Source: Marispirochaeta sp.
GTDB lineage: Bacteria; Spirochaetota; Spirochaetia; JC444; Marispirochaetaceae
Direction: 5' to 3'
DNA length: 64,000 bases
Assembly: GCA_963676835.2 (NCBI GenBank)
Contig: CAXXFF010000004.1
Coordinates: forward strand, 320,001-384,000
Of this stretch, positions 48,780 through 59,369 are shown piece after piece. The notes beneath the pieces are model-generated. The model saw only the letters and a list, made by a program, of their open reading frames with translations, searched no databases and was not told the DNA's origin. The position numbers and the translations under genes are program-made. Positions within the stretch are counted from its first letter, which is position 1. Each line of letters starts with the position of its first letter.

Positions 48780-49391
48780 TCAGTAGGCGTTGCCGAGAAG
48801 ATCAATATCTCCTTCCGGCCATTCTGCTGCGGCAGGATAAATCATTACAACATCATCCCAGAACACTGAGCGCTTGAGTTCTTCCGGAGTCAGATCTGTT
48901 CCGGCAAGGGAGTTGACAAAACGGTTTTCCACCCGGCGGCAGCCAAGCTTTTCATAGAAAGGCTGAACCCGGAAGCTGGTCTGAAAAAGGCAGATATCAT
49001 AGGCGTTCCGGTCAACATTATTACCGGCAAAAGAGAAGGCTGCTTCAACAACCCTTCGTCCCAGGCGTTTACCCCGCAGGGCGGGATCAACACAGACCCC
49101 ACCCAGGGCCATTACCGTCATATCACCGGAGGCGGTCCGTATGGTTCTGGGAAAAATCATGCATTGGGCGGCATGGGCTGATTCCGACTCAAGCACCACA
49201 TAGCCGCAAGGCTTTCCCGCGGTATCAAGAAGAGACATGGTATCCAGCCGTTTCCGGTAATATGACCCATCCCGATTGGGCCAGACCTTAAGCCACAGCG
49301 CAATCAACCGGTCTGCAGCCTCCCCGGGGACTGCAGCGGCATCGATAAACAGTGCCTCACCGCCGACATTACCATTCATACGTTCTACCAC
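48780..49391 (-). CDS. GNAT N-acetyltransferase
   Basis: VDPALRGKRLG, FYEKLG. Confidence 0.8.
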   Translation of the reverse strand: MVERMNGNVGGEALFIDAAAVPGEAADRLIALWLKVWPNRDGSYYRKRLDTMSLLDTAGKPCGYVVLESESAHAAQCMIFPRTIRTASGDMTVMALGGVCVDPALRGKRLGRRVVEAAFSFAGNNVDRNAYDICLFQTSFRVQPFYEKLGCRRVENRFVNSLAGTDLTPEELKRSVFWDDVVMIYPAAAEWPEGDIDLLGNAY

Positions 49392-51349
49392 TCATAATAG
49401 GTATAGCCCCTCAAGCCTGCCTCGTAGGCGTCCACAATTTCCCGCCGCTCCGCAGGGGAGAGAAGCCGGCAGCGGACAGCCCGCTCCGCAAGGCTGCGGA
49501 AGCCGCGGATAAGCTCGTTGGGATCGTATTCCACATAGGAGAGAACATCCGCCACAGAGTCACCCTTGGTCTCATGGTCATACACCAGAGCCCCTTCTTC
49601 ATCCAGCCGGATATTTACAATATTGGTATCGCCGAAAAGATTGTGCAGGTCTCCCAGGGTCTCCTGATAGGCCCCGACCAGAAAAACTCCAACCAGGTAT
49701 TCCTCACTGTTTTTCAGTCTGTGAAGGGGAACCGACTTGCGGACCCCCTGACGGTCGATAAAGTTATCTATCTTTCCGTCGGAATCACAGGTAATGTCCG
49801 CCAGCACCGCCTGATGTTTAGGCTCTTCCTTCAGGCGATGGATGGGCATTATGGGAAACAGCTGATCAATGGCCCAGGAATCGGGGAGGGACTGAAAAAT
49901 ACTGAAATTGCCATAATAGGTATCGTGGATAACACTCTCTATACCCGCAAGATCTTCGGGAATATAGTCCATCTCCTTGGATACCTCCACCACCTGATTG
50001 ATAATGCTCCAGAAGATCTTTTCCGCGAGACTCTTTTCCCGCAAAGATATTGAACGGTGAATAAAAAGACTGTGAATTTCATCGCGGTAGTAGAGGGCAT
50101 CGTTAAAGGCTTCCTGGGCGTTATCCACGGTGATATTACGTCCGGATTCCATCAGGTTCTTCAGATAGGTATGAGAATCCTCAGGCAGACTCAGGGGCAG
50201 ATCATCGTGGGAAGCCTTGTTGATATCGAGAATATTGAAGACCAGCACAGAAGAGTAGGCAACGGTAGCCCTGCCTGATTCGGAGACAATAATGGGATGC
50301 TCCACCTCCTCCTCATCGAGAACGGACTTTATGATCTCTACAACATCAAAGCAGAACTCTTCAATGGTATAGTTTTTACTGGAAGCGAAATTGGTTTTTG
50401 ATCCGTCATAATCGACAGCAAGGCCGCCGCCGATATCCAGAATCCCCATTTTTGCCCCTTCCCGCTTCAGTTCCGCGTAATAACGGCAGGCTTCAGTCAG
50501 GGCGCCCCGGATGTTGCGGATATTGGGCATCTGGGATCCCTGGTGATAATGAAGAAGTTCGAGACAATCCAGCATACCCCGGTCCCGCAGAAGATCAACA
50601 CAGTCGGTTATCTGCATGGCCGTAAGGCCGAAAATACTCTTGTCTCCCCCCGACTCCGTCCAGTGCCCCTCATACTTGGCAGTCAGCTTGATCCGCAGAC
50701 CGATGGAGGGCGAAACCTTAATCTCCTCTGCACGCTTAAGCACCAGTTCAAGCTCCCCCGGACGCTCAACAACAATAATAACCTTGATCCCAAGCTTGTT
50801 GCCGAAAAGAGCAAGATCGATAAATTCTTCATCCTTGTAGCCGTTACAGACAATATAGCTCTGGGGATCATGCATATATCCCAGGGCCGCAATCAGCTCA
50901 GCCTTGCTGCCGGCTTCAAGTCCGTGATGATATTTCTGACCTGTACGGCAGATCTCCCGGATAACTTCCTGCTGCTGATTGACTTTAACCGGAAAAACAC
51001 CTCTGTAGTCGCCATTATAGCTATACTCAGCTATGGCTTTACGGAAACTCTCATTTAAAAGCTCAATCCGGGCATCGAGAATATCTGCAAAACGGAAGAG
51101 AACCGGCATACTCAGGCCCCGTTCCTGGGCGCCCAATGCTGCAGAGTAGAGACTTACATGGCTCCACTCCTCATCATTTGCCTCAGTATCACCTTTTTCC
51201 CCTTTCCCCTTCTCTCCAAGGCGCAGCTGTACCGTTACTTCACCGTCATTATTGACGCCAAAATAGCGGTTACCCCAGTAGTCAATTCCGTAGAGTTCCC
51301 GGGAATCGTCAAGGGTCCAGGATCCGTTCAATCTGCTTCTCTTTTCCAA
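49385..51349 (-). CDS. speA: Biosynthetic arginine decarboxylase
   Basis: FPVKVNQ, GLEAGSKAEL, DIGGGL, SESGR, DITCDSDG, GAYQETLG. Confidence 0.95.
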   Translation of the reverse strand: MEKRSRLNGSWTLDDSRELYGIDYWGNRYFGVNNDGEVTVQLRLGEKGKGEKGDTEANDEEWSHVSLYSAALGAQERGLSMPVLFRFADILDARIELLNESFRKAIAEYSYNGDYRGVFPVKVNQQQEVIREICRTGQKYHHGLEAGSKAELIAALGYMHDPQSYIVCNGYKDEEFIDLALFGNKLGIKVIIVVERPGELELVLKRAEEIKVSPSIGLRIKLTAKYEGHWTESGGDKSIFGLTAMQITDCVDLLRDRGMLDCLELLHYHQGSQMPNIRNIRGALTEACRYYAELKREGAKMGILDIGGGLAVDYDGSKTNFASSKNYTIEEFCFDVVEIIKSVLDEEEVEHPIIVSESGRATVAYSSVLVFNILDINKASHDDLPLSLPEDSHTYLKNLMESGRNITVDNAQEAFNDALYYRDEIHSLFIHRSISLREKSLAEKIFWSIINQVVEVSKEMDYIPEDLAGIESVIHDTYYGNFSIFQSLPDSWAIDQLFPIMPIHRLKEEPKHQAVLADITCDSDGKIDNFIDRQGVRKSVPLHRLKNSEEYLVGVFLVGAYQETLGDLHNLFGDTNIVNIRLDEEGALVYDHETKGDSVADVLSYVEYDPNELIRGFRSLAERAVRCRLLSPAERREIVDAYEAGLRGYTYYEW

Positions 51350-51507
51350 TTATCAACCTCATTTGCCCTAGGGGCTGACAAAAAGCGTAACTCTCCAAAG
51401 GCATCCGGGTCAAGCAGAAACAATATAGAATCAGTGTAGAATCAATAGGCAGGAATATGGTTTTAGAGCTGATTTTTTTCCACTGATGATTTATACTAGG
51501 CAGCTGA

Positions 51508-53199
51508 ATGACGGAAGTTACTCCGGTTAAAAAGTTATTTCTCATTTTAGCAGGGCTTATCCTTGGGTTGATTATCTACGCCGTCTATTTTGTGGGCGGA
51601 TTCTTTACCCTGGCGGGATTCCTGGTTGAAAGAGCCACCCAGCCCGTATCTCTTTCTGTCCCGGCGGAAAAGGCGCTGGAGAACCGACAGGAAATAAGCC
51701 TGGAAAACAGCCTGCTCCAGTTCATCGGCAGGATTAAGCTCGGAGGACTGACCGGAATAGACCAGGATGCGCTAAATGTTCTGGCAGAGCAGGGCCTTGC
51801 CGCCCTGCCGGATCAGCCGGGATACGCCCTTACCGGTATAGAAATTGCACTATCACCGGCCACCATCAAGCTGAATCTCGACCTGGCAGGCAGAACACGC
51901 ATTCCTCTTACCAGTGCTGCAGCTTTGCGGCCGGTCGCTACCAGCTTAAAAATCCAGATACACGCTGTTCCCGGGGAAAAGGGCATGCTGCTCTCTTTGA
52001 AAAAACTCAAGCTCAATAAACTTCCCCTGCCGCTCTCCCTGGTGGAAAGATATCTGACCCCGGAAACAATCAGCTCCTTTGGCCTTCCTCTAGTGCCGGT
52101 GGAGCCTCTGACGGTATCACTGCCCTACACCTGGTTTGATGCAATGCTGCCTGGAGGAATCGAGGTTGCGGGACTGGAAATCAGGCAGGGGATGCTGGCT
52201 GCCAGGCTCAATGTGGACAGCAGACTGAAAACAGATATTCTCAATGAACTTTCACCCTTTTTCCATCAATACGGAACATCCCTCTACGAAGCGGTGGAGG
52301 CTGCATTTCCCGATCCGGACAGCAGCCAGAGGGAACTTCTGCGCACCGCCAGCGAACTGGCAAGAATGTACAGCTCTCCGGATCTTTTTCCCGACCAGCC
52401 CTCCGCCCTTGTGAGTTTACGTGAAAACGAAGTCTGGGCAGAACCGCCGGGGAAAAGTCCCTTTATGCCGGAAGTCGGCAGCGATCTTTTTGCCGGTACC
52501 ATTGTCCGAACCGAAGAAGAATCAAGTCTTGAGATGATCCTCAGAGATGGATCACTCCTTAAGGTGGGGCAGAAAAGCCGGTTTAAACTGGATGTACTGC
52601 CCGAAAACAGTGAAAACCATCTGGCCAGATTCACCCTCGAAGACGGAATTATCCGCGGACAGGTTGCAAGAACCGAAGCAACGGATTTTGCCTTTGCCAC
52701 ACCCCATGCAGTAACCGAGGTGCGGGGCACTGACCTGGTAATAGAAACCGACAGAGGAAAAAAGCTTTCCGTAAAAGTCCTGGTAGGAAGCGTAGCGGTA
52801 ATCCCCGCGTCACAGCAGGAAAGCCTGCTACGGGGTGCGGAAAAACTGCAGGCATCCCGCCGTGAACAAGAGAGCCGGAAAGACCTGCTGCTGCCGGTAG
52901 AGGCATTCTCCGGAGATGAAGCAACAGTAATAGAGAACGAGATTCCCATTCTGACCAGACCGGAGGCGGCTGAAGAAATCCGCAGCAACACCCTCTTCTG
53001 GAGTACTGCTGACGGACTCACAAAAATGGTTACCCACATTATGATAATGGAAGAGGAACAGCGGGAGATCCTCGGACAGGAGCTCGAAAAGAGGATTCCC
53101 CCGGAAGCCATAGACCGCAGCTTCAGCAGGCTGATGGAAAATCCGGATATAGCCGAAACAGTTCATGGATTGGCAATTGAAGGAATTCCCTATCCATGA
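51508..53199 (+). CDS. Membrane-anchored FecR-domain protein
   Basis: N-terminal TM; FATPHAVTEVRGT...VLVGSV. Confidence 0.8.
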   Translation: MTEVTPVKKLFLILAGLILGLIIYAVYFVGGFFTLAGFLVERATQPVSLSVPAEKALENRQEISLENSLLQFIGRIKLGGLTGIDQDALNVLAEQGLAALPDQPGYALTGIEIALSPATIKLNLDLAGRTRIPLTSAAALRPVATSLKIQIHAVPGEKGMLLSLKKLKLNKLPLPLSLVERYLTPETISSFGLPLVPVEPLTVSLPYTWFDAMLPGGIEVAGLEIRQGMLAARLNVDSRLKTDILNELSPFFHQYGTSLYEAVEAAFPDPDSSQRELLRTASELARMYSSPDLFPDQPSALVSLRENEVWAEPPGKSPFMPEVGSDLFAGTIVRTEEESSLEMILRDGSLLKVGQKSRFKLDVLPENSENHLARFTLEDGIIRGQVARTEATDFAFATPHAVTEVRGTDLVIETDRGKKLSVKVLVGSVAVIPASQQESLLRGAEKLQASRREQESRKDLLLPVEAFSGDEATVIENEIPILTRPEAAEEIRSNTLFWSTADGLTKMVTHIMIMEEEQREILGQELEKRIPPEAIDRSFSRLMENPDIAETVHGLAIEGIPYP

Positions 53200-53244
53200 T
53201 AAGTATTGAAAGGACAGGCATTTGAGAGCAGCAGGATTGTAGTC

Positions 53245-53496
53245 ATGAGCGATAACACGGAAAAGAAAACCACCTATTTTACCACGTCTCTTAAACGGCT
53301 GATTCTGCTTGGAATACCCGTGCTCAATGTTATTGCCGCCCTGCTCTGGACCTATGCCGGCAAAGATGATGAAACCCGTGCCTTCGGCAAAGCGGCACTC
53401 CTGGTAATTATACTTTTTGCCCTGCTGACTCTGGTACTCGGTCTTACTGCCTTTACCTTTCTCTCAACCCGCCTCTTTGAATTAATCCCCGGATAA
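53245..53496 (+). CDS. Small membrane protein
   Basis: Two TM helices, IPVLNVI motif. Confidence 0.6.
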   Translation: MSDNTEKKTTYFTTSLKRLILLGIPVLNVIAALLWTYAGKDDETRAFGKAALLVIILFALLTLVLGLTAFTFLSTRLFELIPG

Positions 53497-53550
53497 TTTC
53501 CTATTCTCTTTCTGCCCTGATCCCGCTTCTCGCCTATTATGATCCAACTC

Positions 53551-56500
53551 TCAATTCTCTGAAGAATCCGATATTTCGGAGCGGTCTTGTCTGCCCCTCT
53601 TTATTTTCGCCCGGTCATAGAAAAAGCCGTAGAGCAGGGGAATAACCAGCAGGGCACTGAGGGTCGAGAAAATCAGTCCAAAGATGATGGTACTGGCCAT
53701 GGGCCCCCATACAACGGACCGTCCGCCTATGCCGACAGCTGCCGGGATAAGTCCGGCAATAGTGGTAACCGAAGTAAGCAGGATCGGACGCATGCGAATC
53801 TCTGCCGCAGAAAGCACTGCGGAGGAGACAGACTCGCCCCTGTCCCGCTCCTCATTGATAAAGCTTATAAGCACAATGGCATCATTTACTGCTATTCCCG
53901 CCAGGGCCACCGCCGCATACAGTACCGTCGTGGAAAAAGGGGTTCCCGAAACGGCCAGATACAGAACGATTCCCCCGAAGGCAAAGGGCAGCGTAGCCAG
54001 AACAAGAAAGGGCTGGGAATAGGAATTGAACTGGGTACCGAGAATCATGTACATGAGAAAGATTCCAATAAGAAAAATCCGGGCGATCTGAATTATCAGG
54101 TCATCCAGGTCGGAAAACTCTCCTCCCACCTGAAGCTCCAGATCAAGGGCACCGGGACGAACCTCTTCATCGAAATAGCGTTCAATTTCAGCATTGATTT
54201 CCCTTATGCGGCTTTCATCCCAGGCAGAGGCCTCCACGGTTACTTCCCGTTTGCCGTCAAGCCGCTTGATACTCGCAGGAGGATCACCCTCCACAATACG
54301 GGCAATGGATGAGAAGGGAATCATCTTTCCCGAAGGAGAGGGAATTTTCATATTTTCAATTGCAGCAACACCGGAGCTGGTATGGGAAAAATCGTAGTTT
54401 ACCCGAATATCCAGCTCCTTATTTTCACCAAAGAAAACCCCTGCACTGGTTCCGTCTATAACGCCGCGCAGATAGGCCCCCACTGATGCGACACTCAAGC
54501 CAAGTTCGGCAGCGCGGACCTCATCGACCCTTATGCGCAGTTCAGGAGTGCCTGCATCAATATTGTTTTTGATATTATACAGTTCCGGATACTCATCCAG
54601 TCTGGCAGTAATTGCTGAGGCAATATCCTGCAGCTGCCGGTAATCGTCACCAAAAACCCTATAGGATACCGGAGCAGAAACAGGAGGACCGTTGGTGGCC
54701 TTCCTGAAACTCACTTCTTCTGCACCGGCAAAGGTCCGGATACGCTCCTGAGTCTCCTGCATTATTTCACCGATGGACCTCTCCCTGCCCTCTGAGCGCT
54801 CCGGGAGATCAACAATAATCTGCCCTCTGCTGCTGAGGTAACTGCCGCCGGAATCTCCGCTGCCGAATCCGATGGTTGACAGCACCCCTGTGATTTCTCC
54901 ATTCCCCAGAGAGGGCAGAACAGCATCTTCAATCCGGGAAAGAAATTGTCCGGTAATCTCCGCCGAGGTTCCTGCGGGCATCTCAACATCAATATAAAAA
55001 AGGGTAAAATCCTCGGCACTGAAAAGATCCTGTTTTACAAAAGGGGAAAGACTGAAAAGACCGGTTACCAGCAGTACAAGAATAAGCAGGCTTAACCCCC
55101 GGCGCCTGTAGAGATGCCCGGCGAGGGAACGAAACCGCTTCTGCAGCCGCCGGACCGGCCGGTCCAGCAGTCCTGCAGCCTGCTTCTTACCCCCGGGCCA
55201 GTCGGCATAGTGGGAGGGTAGAAAAAAAAGAGCTTCCAGGGTGGATGCCGCCAGGGCAACGGAGACCGTAAAGGGTATAACCCGTAAAAAGCGGCCGATT
55301 GTCCCGGGAAGAATCATCAGCGGCAGAAATGCGGCTACCGTTGTGGCGGAAGCGGCAATTACCGGCCATACAACCTGGTCCGTCCCCTTTACTGCGGCTT
55401 CATGCCGGACCAGACCCTGCTGCTGCAGACGGTAGGCATTCTCTGTAATGACAATGGCATGGTCAACAATCAATCCCAGCACCAGAACCAGTCCGAAGAG
55501 GGTGTTTGTATTCAGGGTTTCCCCGCTGAACTCGAGAATAAGAAATGTCAGGGCAAAGGTTACAGGAATTCCCAGGCTGGTTATAAGGGCGTTTCTCAAA
55601 CCGGTAAACAGAAAGAGAATAAGAACCACCAGAAACAGCCCGAAAAGGGCATTTGACTGCAGAACACCGATACTTTGACTTATCTGCACCGTGGAATCAC
55701 TGAAGAGCTCAGTGTTGATCCCCACAGGCATGTACCGGGAAAAATCATTGAGCTCATCCCGGACACTCTCCACGATGGATGCGGAATCGCCGCCGCTGAC
55801 CTTGGTAATTTCCAGGTAAAGTGCGGGACGCCCGTTAAAACGGACGCTGCTGCCGACAGGATCATAAACTTCGCGGATTTTTCCGAGATCCTCAATACGT
55901 ACAGTTTTTCCCCCGGAGGAACCCCTCAGGACAACCGTATCTGCATACGCACGGAAATCCTCAAGCTCTCCGGAGGTTCTCAGCACATATTCCCGCAGAT
56001 CGGTCTGCACCGTACCGGCAGGGACGGAGACCGCCCGTGAAGCCACGGCGGTACTTACCTGATTAAGGGAAATCCCGTAGGACTCGAGGATTACCGGATC
56101 GAGACTGATTTCGATATACCGGTCCCTGTCGCCGACGATTTCCGCCGATGCAACCTGACTGAGCCCCTCCAGGCGGGACTGCAGTGAGCCGGCGGTTCTG
56201 CTGAGGAGATCAAAACCGGTATCCCCGTAGAGAATTACCTGCACCACCGGCAGAAAGTCTGCTGCGGAAAAATCATCAAGCACCGGAGAGAGGACGCCGT
56301 CTGGAAGAACAACTCCGGAAAAACGGGTCCGGACCTCCTGATAGAGCCGCAGGAACTCATCCCGGTTCAAGCCGTCGTCAAACTCAAGCCGGAGACTTGC
56401 CACCCCTTCGGAGCTTACAGAACTCATTTTCTTGAGATCCTGCATATCCTCCATGGCATTCTCGATTTTTACCGTTACCGTTTTCTCTATATCCTCCGCC

Positions 56501-56664
56501 GAGGTTCCCGGCCAGGGAACAGTAATAATTACCCAGTTGAAAGGGACTTCGGAAAACTGCTCCCGGGGAAGCCGCATCAGACTGAGAGCCCCCAGCAGCA
56601 GTACCGCAGTCATGAGAATATTTACAAAGACCCTGTTTTTAACCGAGAAAGAGCCGATACTCAC
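53551..56664 (-). CDS. RND (AcrB family) permease
   Basis: 1037 aa; GLIVDHAIV, RMRPILLTSVTT. Confidence 0.92.
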   Translation of the reverse strand: MSIGSFSVKNRVFVNILMTAVLLLGALSLMRLPREQFSEVPFNWVIITVPWPGTSAEDIEKTVTVKIENAMEDMQDLKKMSSVSSEGVASLRLEFDDGLNRDEFLRLYQEVRTRFSGVVLPDGVLSPVLDDFSAADFLPVVQVILYGDTGFDLLSRTAGSLQSRLEGLSQVASAEIVGDRDRYIEISLDPVILESYGISLNQVSTAVASRAVSVPAGTVQTDLREYVLRTSGELEDFRAYADTVVLRGSSGGKTVRIEDLGKIREVYDPVGSSVRFNGRPALYLEITKVSGGDSASIVESVRDELNDFSRYMPVGINTELFSDSTVQISQSIGVLQSNALFGLFLVVLILFLFTGLRNALITSLGIPVTFALTFLILEFSGETLNTNTLFGLVLVLGLIVDHAIVITENAYRLQQQGLVRHEAAVKGTDQVVWPVIAASATTVAAFLPLMILPGTIGRFLRVIPFTVSVALAASTLEALFFLPSHYADWPGGKKQAAGLLDRPVRRLQKRFRSLAGHLYRRRGLSLLILVLLVTGLFSLSPFVKQDLFSAEDFTLFYIDVEMPAGTSAEITGQFLSRIEDAVLPSLGNGEITGVLSTIGFGSGDSGGSYLSSRGQIIVDLPERSEGRERSIGEIMQETQERIRTFAGAEEVSFRKATNGPPVSAPVSYRVFGDDYRQLQDIASAITARLDEYPELYNIKNNIDAGTPELRIRVDEVRAAELGLSVASVGAYLRGVIDGTSAGVFFGENKELDIRVNYDFSHTSSGVAAIENMKIPSPSGKMIPFSSIARIVEGDPPASIKRLDGKREVTVEASAWDESRIREINAEIERYFDEEVRPGALDLELQVGGEFSDLDDLIIQIARIFLIGIFLMYMILGTQFNSYSQPFLVLATLPFAFGGIVLYLAVSGTPFSTTVLYAAVALAGIAVNDAIVLISFINEERDRGESVSSAVLSAAEIRMRPILLTSVTTIAGLIPAAVGIGGRSVVWGPMASTIIFGLIFSTLSALLVIPLLYGFFYDRAKIKRGRQDRSEISDSSEN

Positions 56665-57764
56665 CGATCACCGTCCACCACTTTGGCGCCGCGCTCAACC
56701 ACGGTCACATCGACGGGAGATCCGTCACTGATGCGGCGGGTGCCGGAAATAATAACCAGACTCCCCGGCTCCAGTCCCCGGAATATCACTACAAAATCAC
56801 CCATGGATTCACCGGGACTGACAGTGCGCCGTACAGCCCGTCCTTTTTCCGCAACATACAGATAGGAGGCGGAGCCGCTGTTCATCAGGGCGGAGGCCGG
56901 CACCAACAGCCGGGAGGGCTCCAGATTGGTCTCTATCTCAACCCGGGCAGCCATTCCTGATTTAAGGGTCAGATCTTCGGGAACAGAAAAGGTAATTACC
57001 GCCTGATATCCTCCGGAATCATCCCGGATTCCCGAGGCAACCGCACTCACCGTGCCGGGAAGACCTTCTCCCGGGAGATTCCCCGGATAAATACGCACAG
57101 CCGCACCGGGGCCTACAAGATTAGTCTGCCGCTCCCCAAGATCCGCATAAATACTGTAGGCGCTTGTATCAACTACCTGTGCCACAGCAGTACCGGCGGT
57201 CAGATAATTTCCTGCGGATGAATCCGGATCAGTCCAGGCAACTACCCCGTCCAGGGGAGAGCTTATGGTGCGGTCTTTAAGGTCTTTCACCGCCTGTTCC
57301 CAGGCTGCCCGGGCACCGCTTTCGGCACTTCTGGCCCGAAGCAGATCGGTTCTGGACGCATTGCCTTTTTCATGAAGACTGCTGATCGCATCCAGGTCCA
57401 GCCGGGCATTTTCCCAGGAGGCCTTTGCCTGTTCCGCAGTCAGGCGGCTGATGGTATCATCCAGCCCGGCTATCTTGTCACCCTTCTTTACCTTCTGGCC
57501 GGGGACAACATCAAAGGACTGGACAATTCCCCGGGCCTCTGAAACCACCAGAGCTTCATTAATTCCCCGGATTCTTCCAGCAGTGATAACGGTACCATAG
57601 AGTCTGCCCTCTTCAACCTTTACCGCCTCAACAGCGCTGGAGAGCTCCTCTGAAGAGTCCCAGGTAGCAGAACTGATGGAATCTTCTTTTCCGGAGCAGC
57701 CTGAGACAATTACCAGCATTACGAGGCTGAAAATTGAGAGAATACCTGCAGTTGCGGTTTTCAT
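56661..57764 (-). CDS. RND periplasmic adaptor (MFP) lipoprotein
   Basis: Lipobox VSGC, lipoyl motifs, coupled to the permease. Confidence 0.88.
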   Translation of the reverse strand: MKTATAGILSIFSLVMLVIVSGCSGKEDSISSATWDSSEELSSAVEAVKVEEGRLYGTVITAGRIRGINEALVVSEARGIVQSFDVVPGQKVKKGDKIAGLDDTISRLTAEQAKASWENARLDLDAISSLHEKGNASRTDLLRARSAESGARAAWEQAVKDLKDRTISSPLDGVVAWTDPDSSAGNYLTAGTAVAQVVDTSAYSIYADLGERQTNLVGPGAAVRIYPGNLPGEGLPGTVSAVASGIRDDSGGYQAVITFSVPEDLTLKSGMAARVEIETNLEPSRLLVPASALMNSGSASYLYVAEKGRAVRRTVSPGESMGDFVVIFRGLEPGSLVIISGTRRISDGSPVDVTVVERGAKVVDGDR

Positions 57765-57861
57765 ATATTGAAAATACAATACAGAAAATACCGATTCAAG
57801 CAATTCTCGAAATTTCAAACCCATTTTATGATATGATTCCCGGAAGGAAAGAGGGAAAAGC

Positions 57862-59277
57862 ATGACCAACAATCCTGAACAGCTTGAACATGAACTGAAA
57901 AAATCCTACGGATCCCGTATCCATATCTCCAAAGCCCCTATCCCGGCAGACAGCGCATATGTGATTCTCTGGGTACAGCAGGCTATACGGATAAAGAACA
58001 ATCACGCCCTGACTGCGGCAATACAGATTGCCAACAGCCTGAACCTTCCCCTCTACGCCTACTATGGGCTTTTTCCCCGCTACCCCGGGGCCAACGCACG
58101 GCACTTCTCCTTTCTGCTCCAGGGGATCATCGACCTCGAGGCTGAACTGGACAAAGCCGGAATCCCGCTGGTCCTTGATCTTGCAGAACCTCCGGAAGGT
58201 GTGCGGAAAACCCTTAAAAATGCTGCCTGGCTGGTATGTGACAGCGGATATACTGCCATTCAGCGCAAATGGCGCAGACAGCTGCTTGATCATCCCCCCT
58301 GCCCTCTGGCAATCCTTGAATCGGATATTGTAGTCCCCGCAGCCCAGGCTTCAGGAAAAGAGGAGTATGCAGCGGCCACCATACGCCCGAAAATACGGCG
58401 GCTTACGGATCTTTACCTCTCTCCTGTACATACTCCGGAACTGAAAAACCGCCGCAGCAGGCTGCAGCCTGTCCCTTTTCCGACGGTTTCTCCCGTAAGC
58501 CCCAAAGACGCCCTGAACAGGCTGGAAGAGCTCGGAGTGGACATGAGCACAGGCCCGGTCGACTCGATAAGCGGAGGAGAGTCCGCAGCAGAAAGAACCC
58601 TGGAGAAGTTTATTGAAGGCAGCCTGCGCCATTATCATGATTCCCGCAATGATCCGGGCCTCAATATCCAATCCGAACTCAGTCCCTACCTCCATTTCGG
58701 CCAGATTTCACCTCTGACTGCAGCCCTTGCGGTAATGGAAGCATCATCAGACGACCCCGCACTGTTAGAAGGTGCCGGAGGATTTCTTGAACAGCTGATA
58801 GTGCGTAAAGAGCTGGCAATTAACTTTGTGCTCCACAACCCTCATTGCAATGGCCCCCAATCGGTTCCGGAATGGGCAGCAGCAACACTGGACAGCCACA
58901 GCTTTGAGCGGAAAACCGAGCCTTACAGCTATGAGCAGATGCTTGCGGGAGAAACCGGTGATCAGTACTGGAATGCCGCCCAGCATGAACTGGTAAGCAC
59001 CGGCAAAATGCACGGGTATATGCGTATGTACTGGGGAAAAAAGGTTCTCGAATGGACTGCCGACTGGCGGGAAGCCTACAACCTGCTGGTAAACTGGAAT
59101 GATACCTACAGCCTCGACGGCAGAGACCCCAACGGCTATGCCGGAATCGCCTGGGTTTTCGGCAAACACGACCGACCCTTTCCGGAGCGTCCGCGATTCG
59201 GCAAAGTACGCTCCATGGTAGCAGCAGGGCTGAAGCGGAAATTCGAGATGGATCTTTATCTGTCCAGAAACGGTTAA
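57862..59277 (+). CDS. phrB: Class II CPD DNA photolyase
   Basis: LSPYLHFGQIS, MHGYMRMYWGKK, DGRDPNGYAG. Confidence 0.93.
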   Translation: MTNNPEQLEHELKKSYGSRIHISKAPIPADSAYVILWVQQAIRIKNNHALTAAIQIANSLNLPLYAYYGLFPRYPGANARHFSFLLQGIIDLEAELDKAGIPLVLDLAEPPEGVRKTLKNAAWLVCDSGYTAIQRKWRRQLLDHPPCPLAILESDIVVPAAQASGKEEYAAATIRPKIRRLTDLYLSPVHTPELKNRRSRLQPVPFPTVSPVSPKDALNRLEELGVDMSTGPVDSISGGESAAERTLEKFIEGSLRHYHDSRNDPGLNIQSELSPYLHFGQISPLTAALAVMEASSDDPALLEGAGGFLEQLIVRKELAINFVLHNPHCNGPQSVPEWAAATLDSHSFERKTEPYSYEQMLAGETGDQYWNAAQHELVSTGKMHGYMRMYWGKKVLEWTADWREAYNLLVNWNDTYSLDGRDPNGYAGIAWVFGKHDRPFPERPRFGKVRSMVAAGLKRKFEMDLYLSRNG

Positions 59278-59369
59278 GCGAAATACGAACAGAAATCCCC
59301 GCCCACCCCTGTTAACAATGAAAGCTATAGTGGTATTATCCTAAAAAAGCTGAACAGGACCGGAATTTC

